A stretch of DNA of 31,436 bases from Promethearchaeota archaeon (GCA_018238625.1 JABCSY010000047.1:1-31436), one strand, 5' to 3'. Positions 18,394-27,349 are shown, counted from the first letter of the stretch. The notes: generated by a model from the sequence alone, not told the origin. Numbers and translations: made by a program.

Positions 18394-19665
18394 TTATTTA
18401 GATTTTAAGCTGTTAATATCGTCGTCGTCTACATGTATACGCTTTAAGTCTATATCAGAGTATCCTGGCAAGATGTTAATGAATTGGCGAATGGAGTTCT
18501 TGATATCCTTGCTGGAAGTAATATACCTGCCAACTATTAAGATATCTGCTTTCATTTTTAGAGCGTAAACCGCTGTAGATGGTTCAATTCCTCCAGCAAC
18601 TGCTACTAACACGCGATCTTTTCCAGATGCTAATTTTTTATCAGCATATAATTCTTTTATTTTAGGAACGAATTGCCATTTTAGTTTTTGGGCGTCATCT
18701 GATCCTTCTACGGCGTTTTCTACGTCTATAGCTCTATGAAGAATTACAACATCTGGTATTTGTTTCAATTGTTTTAATTTCTCGATGGGATCAACCACTT
18801 CCATTGTGTCAACGAACCCATAAATTCCAAGCCGTCTTGCTTCTAATAAAAACTTATCAATTGATTTGGGAGACGCCAAACCACTTGCTACTACGGCGTC
18901 GGCAGTAGCATCAAAAGCAAAATCCACCTCTAATTTGCCGACATCAAGCGTTTTTAAATCAGCGACGATGAATTTCTCTGGAGCTACTTCCCGTATCTTT
19001 TCAATTGCCTCCATCCCATATTTCTTAAGAAACGGAGTTCCAATTTCTAAAATGATTCTATCGCTTTTTGGGAGTTGCTTAACAACTTTCAATTGGTGTT
19101 CCAAACTTGGCGCATCTAAAGCAACTTGTAAATAGGGCGGTCTCCAAAGTCTTGGAACTTTTATTCCAGCAACAGGATGTTTTGCGCGATCCTTATCGTA
19201 GAAAATTTTCTCAATTGGAGGATAATTTTTTAAAGCCCTTTGGATAGCTAACTTTGTAGCACCATAATTATACTGATATATTTTCCTGTAATCTTTTGCT
19301 TCGGGATGAATAAAAACGCTCACAATTAAAAGCCATTCATCAATTTTATTCATCGGAATGAGGTTTTCTTCGACAGCATCCGCTATTGCTTTAGCAACAG
19401 CGGCTTGAGCTGGCCCAAAAATTTTATTAGCATCTTCCATTTTTGAGACAGTTACTTTTGGAATTACCAAACTAACAGGTTTAGTTATTAAATTCGGCCT
19501 AATACACGCTAGAAGCCCTCCATGGCCTATTGAAGGGTTACTAAGGGCATTAGCAAAAGAGATTCCCACGGGGCCGTCTTTGGAGCCGATAATTAGATCA
19601 ATATGAGCTAACGAGTTCCCAGAACCTAGAAGTGCTTCTCCTATAAAATAGTCAGTTTTAGCCAT
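18394..19665 (-). CDS. fae-hps: Bifunctional formaldehyde-activating enzyme/3-hexulose-6-phosphate synthase
   Basis: Fae: IGEALLGSG...AHIDLIIG.KDGPVG, FGPAQAAVAKA, VFIHPEAKD..KIYQYNYGATKLA. Hps: PPYLQVALD, LEIGTP, VADLKTLDVG, LHRAID, VAVAGGI, ILIVGRYIT. Likely ATG at 19665. Confidence 0.93.
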   Translation of the reverse strand: MAKTDYFIGEALLGSGNSLAHIDLIIGSKDGPVGISFANALSNPSIGHGGLLACIRPNLITKPVSLVIPKVTVSKMEDANKIFGPAQAAVAKAIADAVEENLIPMNKIDEWLLIVSVFIHPEAKDYRKIYQYNYGATKLAIQRALKNYPPIEKIFYDKDRAKHPVAGIKVPRLWRPPYLQVALDAPSLEHQLKVVKQLPKSDRIILEIGTPFLKKYGMEAIEKIREVAPEKFIVADLKTLDVGKLEVDFAFDATADAVVASGLASPKSIDKFLLEARRLGIYGFVDTMEVVDPIEKLKQLKQIPDVVILHRAIDVENAVEGSDDAQKLKWQFVPKIKELYADKKLASGKDRVLVAVAGGIEPSTAVYALKMKADILIVGRYITSSKDIKNSIRQFINILPGYSDIDLKRIHVDDDDINSLKSK

Positions 19666-19910
19666 ATAAAACAACGCAATTATTATCTATTTAAAATTTT
19701 ATATTTTTTAGATATTATAAAATAATACTTTACTACATTAAATTAGAGTTAATTCTCCATTATTAAAATTATCTTTAATGAAATTGAAAAAAATGAGAGA
19801 GTAGATAATTATAAATATTAATATTGTTATGTATTTTAAAAGAATCGGTTTTGTAATTCAAAATAGGTTTAGTGACTATATAATTTATTACAAGAACTTA
19901 TTTAGTTTTT

Positions 19911-20732
19911 TCAAGTACCTTTGTCTAGGTTTTCTCCTTCCGTTGCTTCGACATCTGGTAACGAGTCAGGAATTTCAAAGGAAGTAATCAATTTTTCCAT
20001 ATCTCCTTCCTCACTTATTTTATCTTCGTGAATTATGGGCGTTTTAATGCGTAAAGAGGGCATTTCGTCGTAATTATGGACAAAAAGCTCAATTCCTTGA
20101 ATTACTCTATCCTTAACAACTATTCGCGTTGAATAGTTTCGATCATCGAACAGACTGAAGCCATTGTTCAATCTTCCCATTTTTACAAGGTTAACGGAAC
20201 TTTTTTCCTCAATGAGCATAGCTTCTGGAACTTCTTCTTCGGAATAAATAATACCGCCAACAATTATAAAGATTCTCTTAAGACCTTCTGGTTTAGGAGA
20301 GAGATTAATGTTTTCCATAGCTTTACCTAATCTGGGATTACGAATAATCATTTCTCTCGCTGTACTTTGCATACCTGAATCAGAGAAATCCTTTTTATCG
20401 ATAGATTTTGCTCTTCCAGGTCCAATGGGTTTATCCATTACTTCTTGAAACTCAGGACCATCTTTAGAATAAAGATTTAGCGAATATACTCTGTAGAACA
20501 ATCTTAATTGTTTACGGAACATTCCCGCCAAAATTCCTCCGAAAACTTGAAGCTTTAAAGAACTATTAAGCCCATTGTAGGTCCAAATCCTTTTAGTATC
20601 GTGATCTATAAGCAAATAAACTTTATGACTATTAAGATCATTGATTATATCACTAACTTTTTCTCCTTCCTCAACATCAACAGTCAAGAAATAAGGAAAT
20701 TCTCTCAGCTCAAGCGCTTCAAATATTTGCAA
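19911..20732 (-). CDS. Gelsolin/villin-like domain plus C-terminal unknown domain (Asgard 1DGelX-like)
   Basis: DLNSHKVYLLIDHDTKRIWTYNGLNSS resembles the gelsolin core LnS.dvFllD....iyvW.G..SS; followed by a linker and a second beta-rich domain; TTG start. Confidence 0.6.
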   Translation of the reverse strand: MQIFEALELREFPYFLTVDVEEGEKVSDIINDLNSHKVYLLIDHDTKRIWTYNGLNSSLKLQVFGGILAGMFRKQLRLFYRVYSLNLYSKDGPEFQEVMDKPIGPGRAKSIDKKDFSDSGMQSTAREMIIRNPRLGKAMENINLSPKPEGLKRIFIIVGGIIYSEEEVPEAMLIEEKSSVNLVKMGRLNNGFSLFDDRNYSTRIVVKDRVIQGIELFVHNYDEMPSLRIKTPIIHEDKISEEGDMEKLITSFEIPDSLPDVEATEGENLDKGT

Positions 20733-20898
20733 ATTTAGATAAACCCCATTTTATTTCTTTATTTTTTAATAAGTATTGATCTTTAAAATAAATTTTATTT
20801 TTAATATTCTGAAAAATTCTAAAACCCTAAAAATCAATAAAATATTTAAATTTTAGGACATTCTTCTTAGTAATTTCCTTTTGGTTAGTTCGATAATT

Positions 20899-21303
20899 AT
20901 GAGTTCAGAGAAAAGAGTATATAAGCTAAATATTTCCGGGGGAAGTGAAGGTCCGGGAAAGGGTTTATCTAAATTAATTGAGATCGACGAGAAGAAATTC
21001 CGCTTTGATGGGATGAAGATCGGAGAGATAATTAAAGGAGGTCTGATTGGTTTTCCAAACTACGAGTTCCAAATCATGGGTGGCTCAGACGCCAGTGGAT
21101 TTCCTATGAGAAAAGATGTTCACGGCCCCGTAAAAAAGAGAATTTTGGTTTCGAAAAGAGCTATTGGTTATAAACCTAAGAGAAAAGGAGAGAAAAAAAG
21201 GAAGATGGTGCGCGGAAATGAAGTTAGTTATGATATGACGTTGCTAAATCTTAAAGTTGTAAAATATGGAGAGACTGAACTCTTTAAAGTGAAAGAAGAA
21301 TAA
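20899..21303 (+). CDS. rps6e: 30S ribosomal protein S6e
   Basis: GMKIGE...FQIMGGSDASGFPMRKDVHG...RKGEKKRKMVRGN...LNLKVVKYG; ATG at 20899. Confidence 0.96.
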   Translation: MSSEKRVYKLNISGGSEGPGKGLSKLIEIDEKKFRFDGMKIGEIIKGGLIGFPNYEFQIMGGSDASGFPMRKDVHGPVKKRILVSKRAIGYKPKRKGEKKRKMVRGNEVSYDMTLLNLKVVKYGETELFKVKEE

Positions 21304-21332
21304 TCTAATTAACAGAGCGAGATGAATATTGG

Positions 21333-21515
21333 ATGGTTAAAGTAAAGAAATGCTCTTTTTGCCAGGGAGATGTTTTAATAGGAAGAGGACACATGTACAT
21401 TAAAAAAGATGGAACCATTCTAAATTTCTGTACGCATAAATGTCGTGTCGCTATGATAGTGCAGCGAAAAAATCCTCGACGTACTAGATGGACAAAAGTT
21501 TATGGTAAAGAGTAA
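21333..21515 (+). CDS. rpl24e: 50S ribosomal protein L24e
   Basis: CSFC...GRGHMYIKKDG...FCTHKC...NPRRTRWT. Confidence 0.96.
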   Translation: MVKVKKCSFCQGDVLIGRGHMYIKKDGTILNFCTHKCRVAMIVQRKNPRRTRWTKVYGKE

Positions 21516-21584
21516 AAATATTACCTTTTTAATTACTTTTTAACTCTAATTCTAAAAAACTATATTTAAGATAAGATTTATAGC

Positions 21585-21785
21585 TTATTGTAGCCTTGGG
21601 AACTTTAATAGCTCGTCTATCAAGTCTACATGGCCGACTATCATTCTTTTACAGCAGAAGCGTTCAATACCTAACTCTTTAAAAGCGTCTTCAGCGCTTT
21701 CTCCTTTTTCTATAAGCTCCAAATAGGGTTTATAGGTGTGGGCTAGAAGGCGTCCACATGAAAAGCATCTTATGGGAATAATCAT
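21585..21785 (-). CDS. rpo10: DNA-directed RNA polymerase subunit N (Rpo10)
   Basis: MIIPIRCFSCG...LGIERFCCKRM...HVDLID. Confidence 0.97.
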   Translation of the reverse strand: MIIPIRCFSCGRLLAHTYKPYLELIEKGESAEDAFKELGIERFCCKRMIVGHVDLIDELLKFPRLQ

Positions 21786-21979
21786 GATAAATAATTAAAA
21801 GTAGTATTCTAAAAAAATTTTACCTTTATTACATTTATATTCTAAAAATAGTTCATATTTTCGATATAAGCCTTATGTGTTTAAATCCAAAATTTTATTT
21901 TAAATCCTATATTTAATATTACATTAAAAATCGATGATTTGTGATGATATATTAAAAATATATATTGGAAAGAGAAAAA

Positions 21980-22351
21980 ATGAGTTATATAAAATTTAAA
22001 GTTCCTGATGCGTTAAAAGAAGATATCAAGAACGCGTTAAATACAATTGCCAGTACGCGGGATTCAAAAATTAGAAAAGGGATGAACGAGGTAACTAAGT
22101 CAATAGAACGAAGCTTAGCGAAGCTTGTTATTATGGCAGAGGATGTAAGTCCACCTGAAATATTGTTTCATGTGCCATTGCTCTGCGAAGAAAAATCTAT
22201 TCCCTATTGTTATGTTGCAACAAAAAAAGAATTGGGGAACGCCGCTCGAATTAACGTCGCGTCATCTGCTATAGCAATTGAAACTATTGGAACTGGAAGC
22301 GAAAAAGCTTTAGAAGATATAGTCAAAAAGTTAGAAGTCTTAAAAAAATAA
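21980..22351 (+). CDS. rpl7ae: 50S ribosomal protein L7Ae
   Basis: KIRKGMNEVTKSIER..AKLVIMAEDVSPPEILFHVPLLCEEKSIPY...KKELGNA; ATG at 21980. Confidence 0.97.
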   Translation: MSYIKFKVPDALKEDIKNALNTIASTRDSKIRKGMNEVTKSIERSLAKLVIMAEDVSPPEILFHVPLLCEEKSIPYCYVATKKELGNAARINVASSAIAIETIGTGSEKALEDIVKKLEVLKK

Positions 22352-22365
22352 TACGGTGATTATCC

Positions 22366-22611
22366 TTGGTAAAGATTGAGAAAAGAAAAGGAAAAACTGC
22401 GTATGATGCCTCTATTCCTGCCGAGGTTCTTCAAATTGTTGGTAGAACTGGTTTGACCGGCGAGATCAATCAAATTAAGGTTAGAATTCTTGAAGGGCCA
22501 GATAAAAATCGAATTCTTACGAGAAATGTTAAGGGGCCTGTACAAATTGCCGATATTGTTGTTTTAAGGGAAGTTGAAAGAGAAGCGCGAAAAATTCGTA
22601 AGCGAAGATAA
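22366..22611 (+). CDS. rps28e: 30S ribosomal protein S28e
   Basis: [25 protein letters not shown]...RNVKGPV...LREVEREAR; TTG start preceded by GGTGA. Confidence 0.96.
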   Translation: MVKIEKRKGKTAYDASIPAEVLQIVGRTGLTGEINQIKVRILEGPDKNRILTRNVKGPVQIADIVVLREVEREARKIRKRR

Positions 22612-22623
22612 TAATACTAATTT

Positions 22624-22748
22624 TTATTTTAATTCTACTTGGTCGAAGTATCCAAGCAGTTTCAGATTATCGTATTCCGTTTGTAAAAATTCTCGTACGG
22701 CAGTCCTTATAGCTTCAGATCTACTTGCTACTACTTTTTTTTTTATTA
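22624..22748 (-). pseudogene. Orphaned 3' half of the ribbon-helix-helix gene (IKKKVVASRSEAIRTAVREFLQTEYDNLKLLGYFDQVELK*)
   Basis: Collinear with the C-terminal half of 23544-23741 at a 905-bp offset; no start codon, and an in-frame TAA lies a few codons upstream. Confidence 0.85.
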
Positions 22749-22968
22749 TGTCATGGTAAGAACGTTAAGAATTGTTACCTATATAACTGCGAATAGGTTG
22801 ACAGTTCTCTATAATTCCGTTCCAACCACGCGTATTATAGCGTGTTAAAAAACACGAGTGCCACATAAAATTTTCCAGAATGCACTATCAAATAGAAAAA
22901 AAAAAGGATTAATTATAGATATTTATAATAGTTAGAAGAGTTGAATTTCTTGAAAATCTCGTAAACTC

Positions 22969-22997
22969 GCGGACTTTGCGGACTTTGCGGACTTTGC
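22969..22997 (+). repeat. Tandem 9-bp repeat (gcggacttt)x3
   Basis: gcggacttt gcggacttt gcggacttt gc, with a degenerate copy gcggatttt shortly downstream. Confidence 0.9.
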
Positions 22998-23092
22998 TCT
23001 GTTGATGAACCTTGACTGCGGATTTTGGGACCCCGAATTCTAAAATTCAATAAATTTACTAAGTGATTAAGTTTAAATACTAAAAAAGGTAC

Positions 23093-23473
23093 TTGATTAT
23101 CGTGAAAGATAAGAAAATTATCGCTTACAAAAACGAGCGGGTCAAGAAGTTTGCGTATAACCTAAGAAAACTCATTATCGATGTTGTCATGGGTGAGTGG
23201 AGTCGTTTAGGTGTTGTACAGAGGGGTAATCCTACTTCAGTATACCTTAAGATCGAGGACGAGCGCAGTGATCTGCTTAGAATGTTGAGAGCCTCCATCT
23301 ACGAATGCCCTTGCTGCCATCAAGCTGAGAGGGATATGTATTTCAACGGTCCCATGCAGGAATGGTTCTGTACCCAGTGCGTCCAAAAATATCGCGATTA
23401 TTACCAAAAACAAAAAGCTATTCACGGCGATCTTAAGGTGGATGACGACGATTTCTACGTAACTTTTTTGTGA
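23093..23473 (+). CDS. Hypothetical zinc-finger protein (CPCC...WFCTQC) carried by the putative mini-element
   Basis: 126-aa ORF with two CxxC knuckles; the exact start is uncertain (TTG at 23093 or GTG at 23102). Confidence 0.75.
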   Translation: MIIVKDKKIIAYKNERVKKFAYNLRKLIIDVVMGEWSRLGVVQRGNPTSVYLKIEDERSDLLRMLRASIYECPCCHQAERDMYFNGPMQEWFCTQCVQKYRDYYQKQKAIHGDLKVDDDDFYVTFL

Positions 23474-23543
23474 TTCATATGAGTTGCGTATGTTGAAGGG
23501 TCAATTTGAAAGAAGTGTGAAACTCGTTAGTTTTTCACGAGTG

Positions 23544-23741
23544 TTAGTCAAAGAACCCAAGCAGTTTCAAGTTTTCAACCTCTGCATGTAAGTATTCTCG
23601 TACGGCAGTCCTTATAGCTTCAGATCTGCTTGCTACTACCTTTTTTTTTATTAATTTTTGGATGTTATCATCGTATATCTCAGGTATGTTGATAGTTATG
23701 TTTTGCATTTTTGGTTTCTTCTCTTTTTTATCGTTTGGCAA
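23544..23741 (-). CDS. Ribbon-helix-helix (CopG/Arc/MetJ-like) DNA-binding protein
   Basis: MQNITINIPEIYDDNIQKLIKKKVVASRSEAIRTAVREYL fits the RHH consensus (beta strand, helix, SRSEaIR.A). Confidence 0.9.
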   Translation of the reverse strand: MPNDKKEKKPKMQNITINIPEIYDDNIQKLIKKKVVASRSEAIRTAVREYLHAEVENLKLLGFFD

Positions 23742-24006
23742 ATTAGATTAACCTAATCTTATTAATTATTAAAATCAAATTCAAAAGGAGGTATTATATA
23801 GATTACAATTGCTAAAGTATTATTAACCCTTAATAAATTCCAACTTTTTGATAATAATTTATAAGTTAAACTCGTATATAAAATTATCTCTCCGAATATG
23901 AAGGTATTTAAAGGGCTCTATATCAGATGTAAATAATTTTGATGTGTTTATCTTTATATTGAACAATTAATGTTAACAATTTAAGGTAGTGTGAAAAAAT
24001 TTTATA

Positions 24007-24681
24007 TTATTTTCTATCTTCCTTTCTGATGTAGCGACCTCTTGTTTCTATTGTAGTCATGTTTCTTATGATTTCTTTACTTTCATTTACTTTTGCTTTT
24101 CCATATTCAGTGCGATAACCGTCTAAAAAGGCATCAAAACAAATTTTATAATCAGTACCATGAGAAGAGAGTAAAACTCTTTTAAAAAGATGGAGATCAA
24201 CACTCTTATCTTCAATAGAATCGGAGTAATTGTGGAGTCCAAAATCAATTATGAAAATTTCTTGAATTGGGGTAATAATGATATTGCTTGTAGTAAGATC
24301 ACCATGAATATGGCCATTTTTGTGTAAAATAGCGATATATATACCGATCTCATGAAAAATTTGCTGTTTTTTATCGTCTTCTAATGAATTCATGAATTCT
24401 TTTAATTTTTTCCCTTTGATATACTTCATTACGATTGTAGAGTTCTCAGTATCAATTTCGTAAACCTGAGGAACATTTACCCCATAATTTTTAACTTTTA
24501 TCAGCGCTCTAGCCTCGCTAAGGGTTCGACTAATGCGTATTTTTTTATCGAGCTGTTCTATTCGATAATTTTTAGGGATACGGAGTTTAAATATAACTTC
24601 TTTACCAAACCAATGTCCGTAGAAAAGACTTGCTTCCGCACCCTTGTGAATAAGCTTTTCTATAACAATCTCATCAATCAA
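24007..24681 (-). CDS. bud32: KEOPS complex kinase/ATPase Bud32
   Basis: KGAEA, K.RIPKNYR...LD..IR..RT..EAR, HGDLTTSN, IDFGL, EDKSVDL, RGRY. Confidence 0.96.
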   Translation of the reverse strand: MIDEIVIEKLIHKGAEASLFYGHWFGKEVIFKLRIPKNYRIEQLDKKIRISRTLSEARALIKVKNYGVNVPQVYEIDTENSTIVMKYIKGKKLKEFMNSLEDDKKQQIFHEIGIYIAILHKNGHIHGDLTTSNIIITPIQEIFIIDFGLHNYSDSIEDKSVDLHLFKRVLLSSHGTDYKICFDAFLDGYRTEYGKAKVNESKEIIRNMTTIETRGRYIRKEDRK

Positions 24682-24694
24682 TCTCTTAAACCAC

Positions 24695-25702
24695 CTAATC
24701 TCTCCAAGGAATTGTGATTTGATCCATGCGTTCTTTAGGGTTTATTTGCGTTTCCAAAACTGTTTGACCGCCTTCGGCTTTATACCTTAGAAGGCCAGTC
24801 CATCCAATCATTGCGCCATTATCTCCCGAATATTTTAAAGGAACAACTTCAAACCTCGCGTCATGTTCTGCACTTATATATTTAATCATTTCTTGCAACC
24901 TTTTATTAGCGGCAACACCACCAGTTAATAAAACTTCCTTTTTTTCCGTGTGAGCTAAAGCTCTTTCAGTAACTTCAGTTAGCATAGCAAAAGCAGTTTC
25001 TTGCAATGAGTAAGCAACATCGTTTAAATTATATTGCTTATTGTAATCTTTGGACTCTATTAACCTCTTAGCGGCCGTATAGAGCCCTGAAAAAGATAAA
25101 TCCATACCTTTCACAACATAAGGCAAAGACAAATATCTATTTGATTTAATCGCTAATTTTTCTATTTTTGGACCTCCTGGATGGGATAATCCAACATCTC
25201 GTGCAAATGAATCTATTAAATTACCAATGGGGATATCGAGAGTCTCTCCAAAAATTTGATATCTGCCAGATTCATACGCACTAACAATCGTATTCCCGCC
25301 TGATACGTATAAAGTCAAAGGGTCCTCAATTTTACACATTAGCCGTCCAATCTCTATATGAGCAATGCAGTGATTTACCGCTACTATTGGAATGTCTAAC
25401 AGTTGAGCCAACATTCTAGCAGCTTGGGCTCCAATCTTTAATATAGGTCCTAAACCAGGGCTCTTACTAAACGCGACTAAATCAATATCATGTATTGAAA
25501 TATTTGCCTCTAATAACGCTTGATTTATAATATTCATAAAATTATTAAGATGTTGCTCTTTTACTAAAGCTGGATGAAGACCACCTTTTTCTGGAACATA
25601 CATATCGTTAACAAGACTAAATACAGTCCCATCAAAACCTATAATGCCCACACCCCAAGTGTGAGCCGTAGATTCAATACCTAAAACTTTTTTTAATTTC
25701 AT
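24695..25702 (-). CDS. kae1: KEOPS complex t6A synthase Kae1
   Basis: LGIESTAHT, PGLGP.L, VNHCIAHIEIG, LYVSGGNT, FGETLDI..GN..D, LTGGVAANKRL, GDNGAMI; ATG at 25702. Confidence 0.97.
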   Translation of the reverse strand: MKLKKVLGIESTAHTWGVGIIGFDGTVFSLVNDMYVPEKGGLHPALVKEQHLNNFMNIINQALLEANISIHDIDLVAFSKSPGLGPILKIGAQAARMLAQLLDIPIVAVNHCIAHIEIGRLMCKIEDPLTLYVSGGNTIVSAYESGRYQIFGETLDIPIGNLIDSFARDVGLSHPGGPKIEKLAIKSNRYLSLPYVVKGMDLSFSGLYTAAKRLIESKDYNKQYNLNDVAYSLQETAFAMLTEVTERALAHTEKKEVLLTGGVAANKRLQEMIKYISAEHDARFEVVPLKYSGDNGAMIGWTGLLRYKAEGGQTVLETQINPKERMDQITIPWRD

Positions 25703-25791
25703 CAGGATCACCTAATATAAATATAGCAATGTTAAAATGGTGTATTAAAAGGAGGTACTGAAAAAGATAGTTTGAAGTTTATTATTAGAGT

Positions 25792-26028
25792 TTAAGTTGA
25801 CTTAGTGCGTTTTCGAGGGGTTCTACTCCTAGTTTGTCTTGCAACTGTAGCAGCTCCCTTTTTACCTTTTCTTTTGAATATAGTGTATCCACACTTTCCG
25901 CACGACGATCTATCGTAGTGGTTCGCGAGAAATACCGTGGGGGCACACTTAGGACAAACTCTATGTGTTCTAATTAATTTACCATCTTCAATTTTATATA
26001 ATTTGGATGCGTTTGATTTATTTGGCAT
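25792..26028 (-). CDS. rps27ae: 30S ribosomal protein S27ae
   Basis: YKIEDGKL.R....CPKC...[15 protein letters not shown]. Confidence 0.96.
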   Translation of the reverse strand: MPNKSNASKLYKIEDGKLIRTHRVCPKCAPTVFLANHYDRSSCGKCGYTIFKRKGKKGAATVARQTRSRTPRKRTKST

Positions 26029-26065
26029 AAATTCTTCAATTTATTTTTTTATTAATTTAATAATT

Positions 26066-26422
26066 TTATTCGTATTCAAATAAGTGATTGTAAGGTTCTT
26101 TTCTTTTCTTTAACTTATAAATTTCTTCTCGCGTATCTTTGGGTAAGTTTCGCACTTGAATATGGAAAGGCTCATAGAATTGAAGGTCTTTAGCGTTCTC
26201 GTAAATATTTACTACCCCTACATCGTATGAGCTACCGAAATGAGTTTTAATTTTACGAATTATTGTGTATTTTTCGTTTGCGTTTTTCAACGCTGCAATT
26301 TTCTTCTTCACATCTAACTTATTAGGTGTACCAGCACTAAAATGATCGATTCTGAATTTTATTTCCGTTCGATCGATTAATGGGTTTTTAATTTCTTCCA
26401 AAATTTCAATATTAAACGACAT
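26066..26422 (-). CDS. rps24e: 30S ribosomal protein S24e
   Basis: KNPLIDRTEI.F.IDH...GTP...IKTHFG...IY...EP.HI; adjacent to S27ae. Confidence 0.93.
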   Translation of the reverse strand: MSFNIEILEEIKNPLIDRTEIKFRIDHFSAGTPNKLDVKKKIAALKNANEKYTIIRKIKTHFGSSYDVGVVNIYENAKDLQFYEPFHIQVRNLPKDTREEIYKLKKRKEPYNHLFEYE

Positions 26423-26539
26423 TTCGAATCTTTTTATTACTCTTTTTCTCAGTTAATCAGTTAATTTAAAGATAATTCTGAGTTATAAAAAATTAAAGAT
26501 ATAATAAAAAATAAAATTTTGGTTTTTTGTAAGAAAAAT

Positions 26540-26755
26540 ATGTCAAAATCTAAAAATTACTTGTTGAAGACAAGAATAATGATAACCATTGAAGTGGCAT
26601 TAATTATTATTACGATGGTATTGTTTTTGCTTTTAAAAAATGTAGTCGCAGGAATATACGTTAGCATATTTGTTGGTTGCCTATTTTTATGGGTATTATT
26701 GTTTATTTTAACTTTTAATCTCCATAATAAAGTAAAAAATATAAAAGTGGAGTGA
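26540..26755 (+). CDS. Small two-TM hypothetical membrane protein
   Basis: Two hydrophobic helices; ATG at 26540; stops 6 bp before the DUF359 start. Confidence 0.6.
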   Translation: MSKSKNYLLKTRIMITIEVALIIITMVLFLLLKNVVAGIYVSIFVGCLFLWVLLFILTFNLHNKVKNIKVE

Positions 26756-26761
26756 TTTAAG

Positions 26762-27349
26762 ATGGATAAAAATCTAAAAATACCTACAACCGAAAGGCAT
26801 AAGTTTTCTCAGCCTTTGGGTAAATTAATTACAGGGACGCGAAAAGAAACTATCCTTGAAGTAGAAGAACGTATTAGAAGTTATAAAAACGCTAATTTTG
26901 AAGTCAAAATTTATTTAGTTGGAGATATCGTAACGAAGGACTTTCTCGCGAATGATTTTCTCAAATCTTTCGTTAAACTTTGCATCATTGACGAAAAGAC
27001 TCAAAGAAATCAAATTAAAATAGAGATTGAGGACTTTTTTGAAGAAATCATTGAATTTGAAAACCCTGAAGGAGGTATTAAAAAAGAAAGTTTTACTCTT
27101 TTAGATGAAATTGTAACATCTAATAAAAGAACGCTATTTAAAGTTATTAAGGGAGAAGAGGATTTATTAGTCTTACCGCTGGTTTTAAGCATCCCTCTTA
27201 ACGATACTATTAAAGATTTGGTGTTTTACGGCCAACCACCCATAACTGATTCAACGCACCAGATTCCCGAAGGTATCGTTATGGTAGATGTTGAAAAAAA
27301 GATAAAAAAAGTTGTAAAGAAATTCGTATCGCTAATGAATGAATTATGA
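26762..27349 (+). CDS. DUF359 protein, GTP-dependent dephospho-CoA kinase
   Basis: PLGKL, VGDIVT, IIDEKTQR, NPEGGI, GEEDLLVLP, YGQP...EGIV motifs. Confidence 0.92.
   Translation: MDKNLKIPTTERHKFSQPLGKLITGTRKETILEVEERIRSYKNANFEVKIYLVGDIVTKDFLANDFLKSFVKLCIIDEKTQRNQIKIEIEDFFEEIIEFENPEGGIKKESFTLLDEIVTSNKRTLFKVIKGEEDLLVLPLVLSIPLNDTIKDLVFYGQPPITDSTHQIPEGIVMVDVEKKIKKVVKKFVSLMNEL

Larger units (their letters stand above)
22689..23653. mobile_element. Putative 905-bp integrated mini-element or remnant bounded by 60-bp direct repeats (22689-22748 and 23594-23653) inside the RHH gene
   Basis: The 60-bp repeats differ at only 2 synonymous positions and have attL/attR-like geometry that regenerates a full gene. 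The interior holds one ORF plus short repeats; no integrase. Confidence 0.65.
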
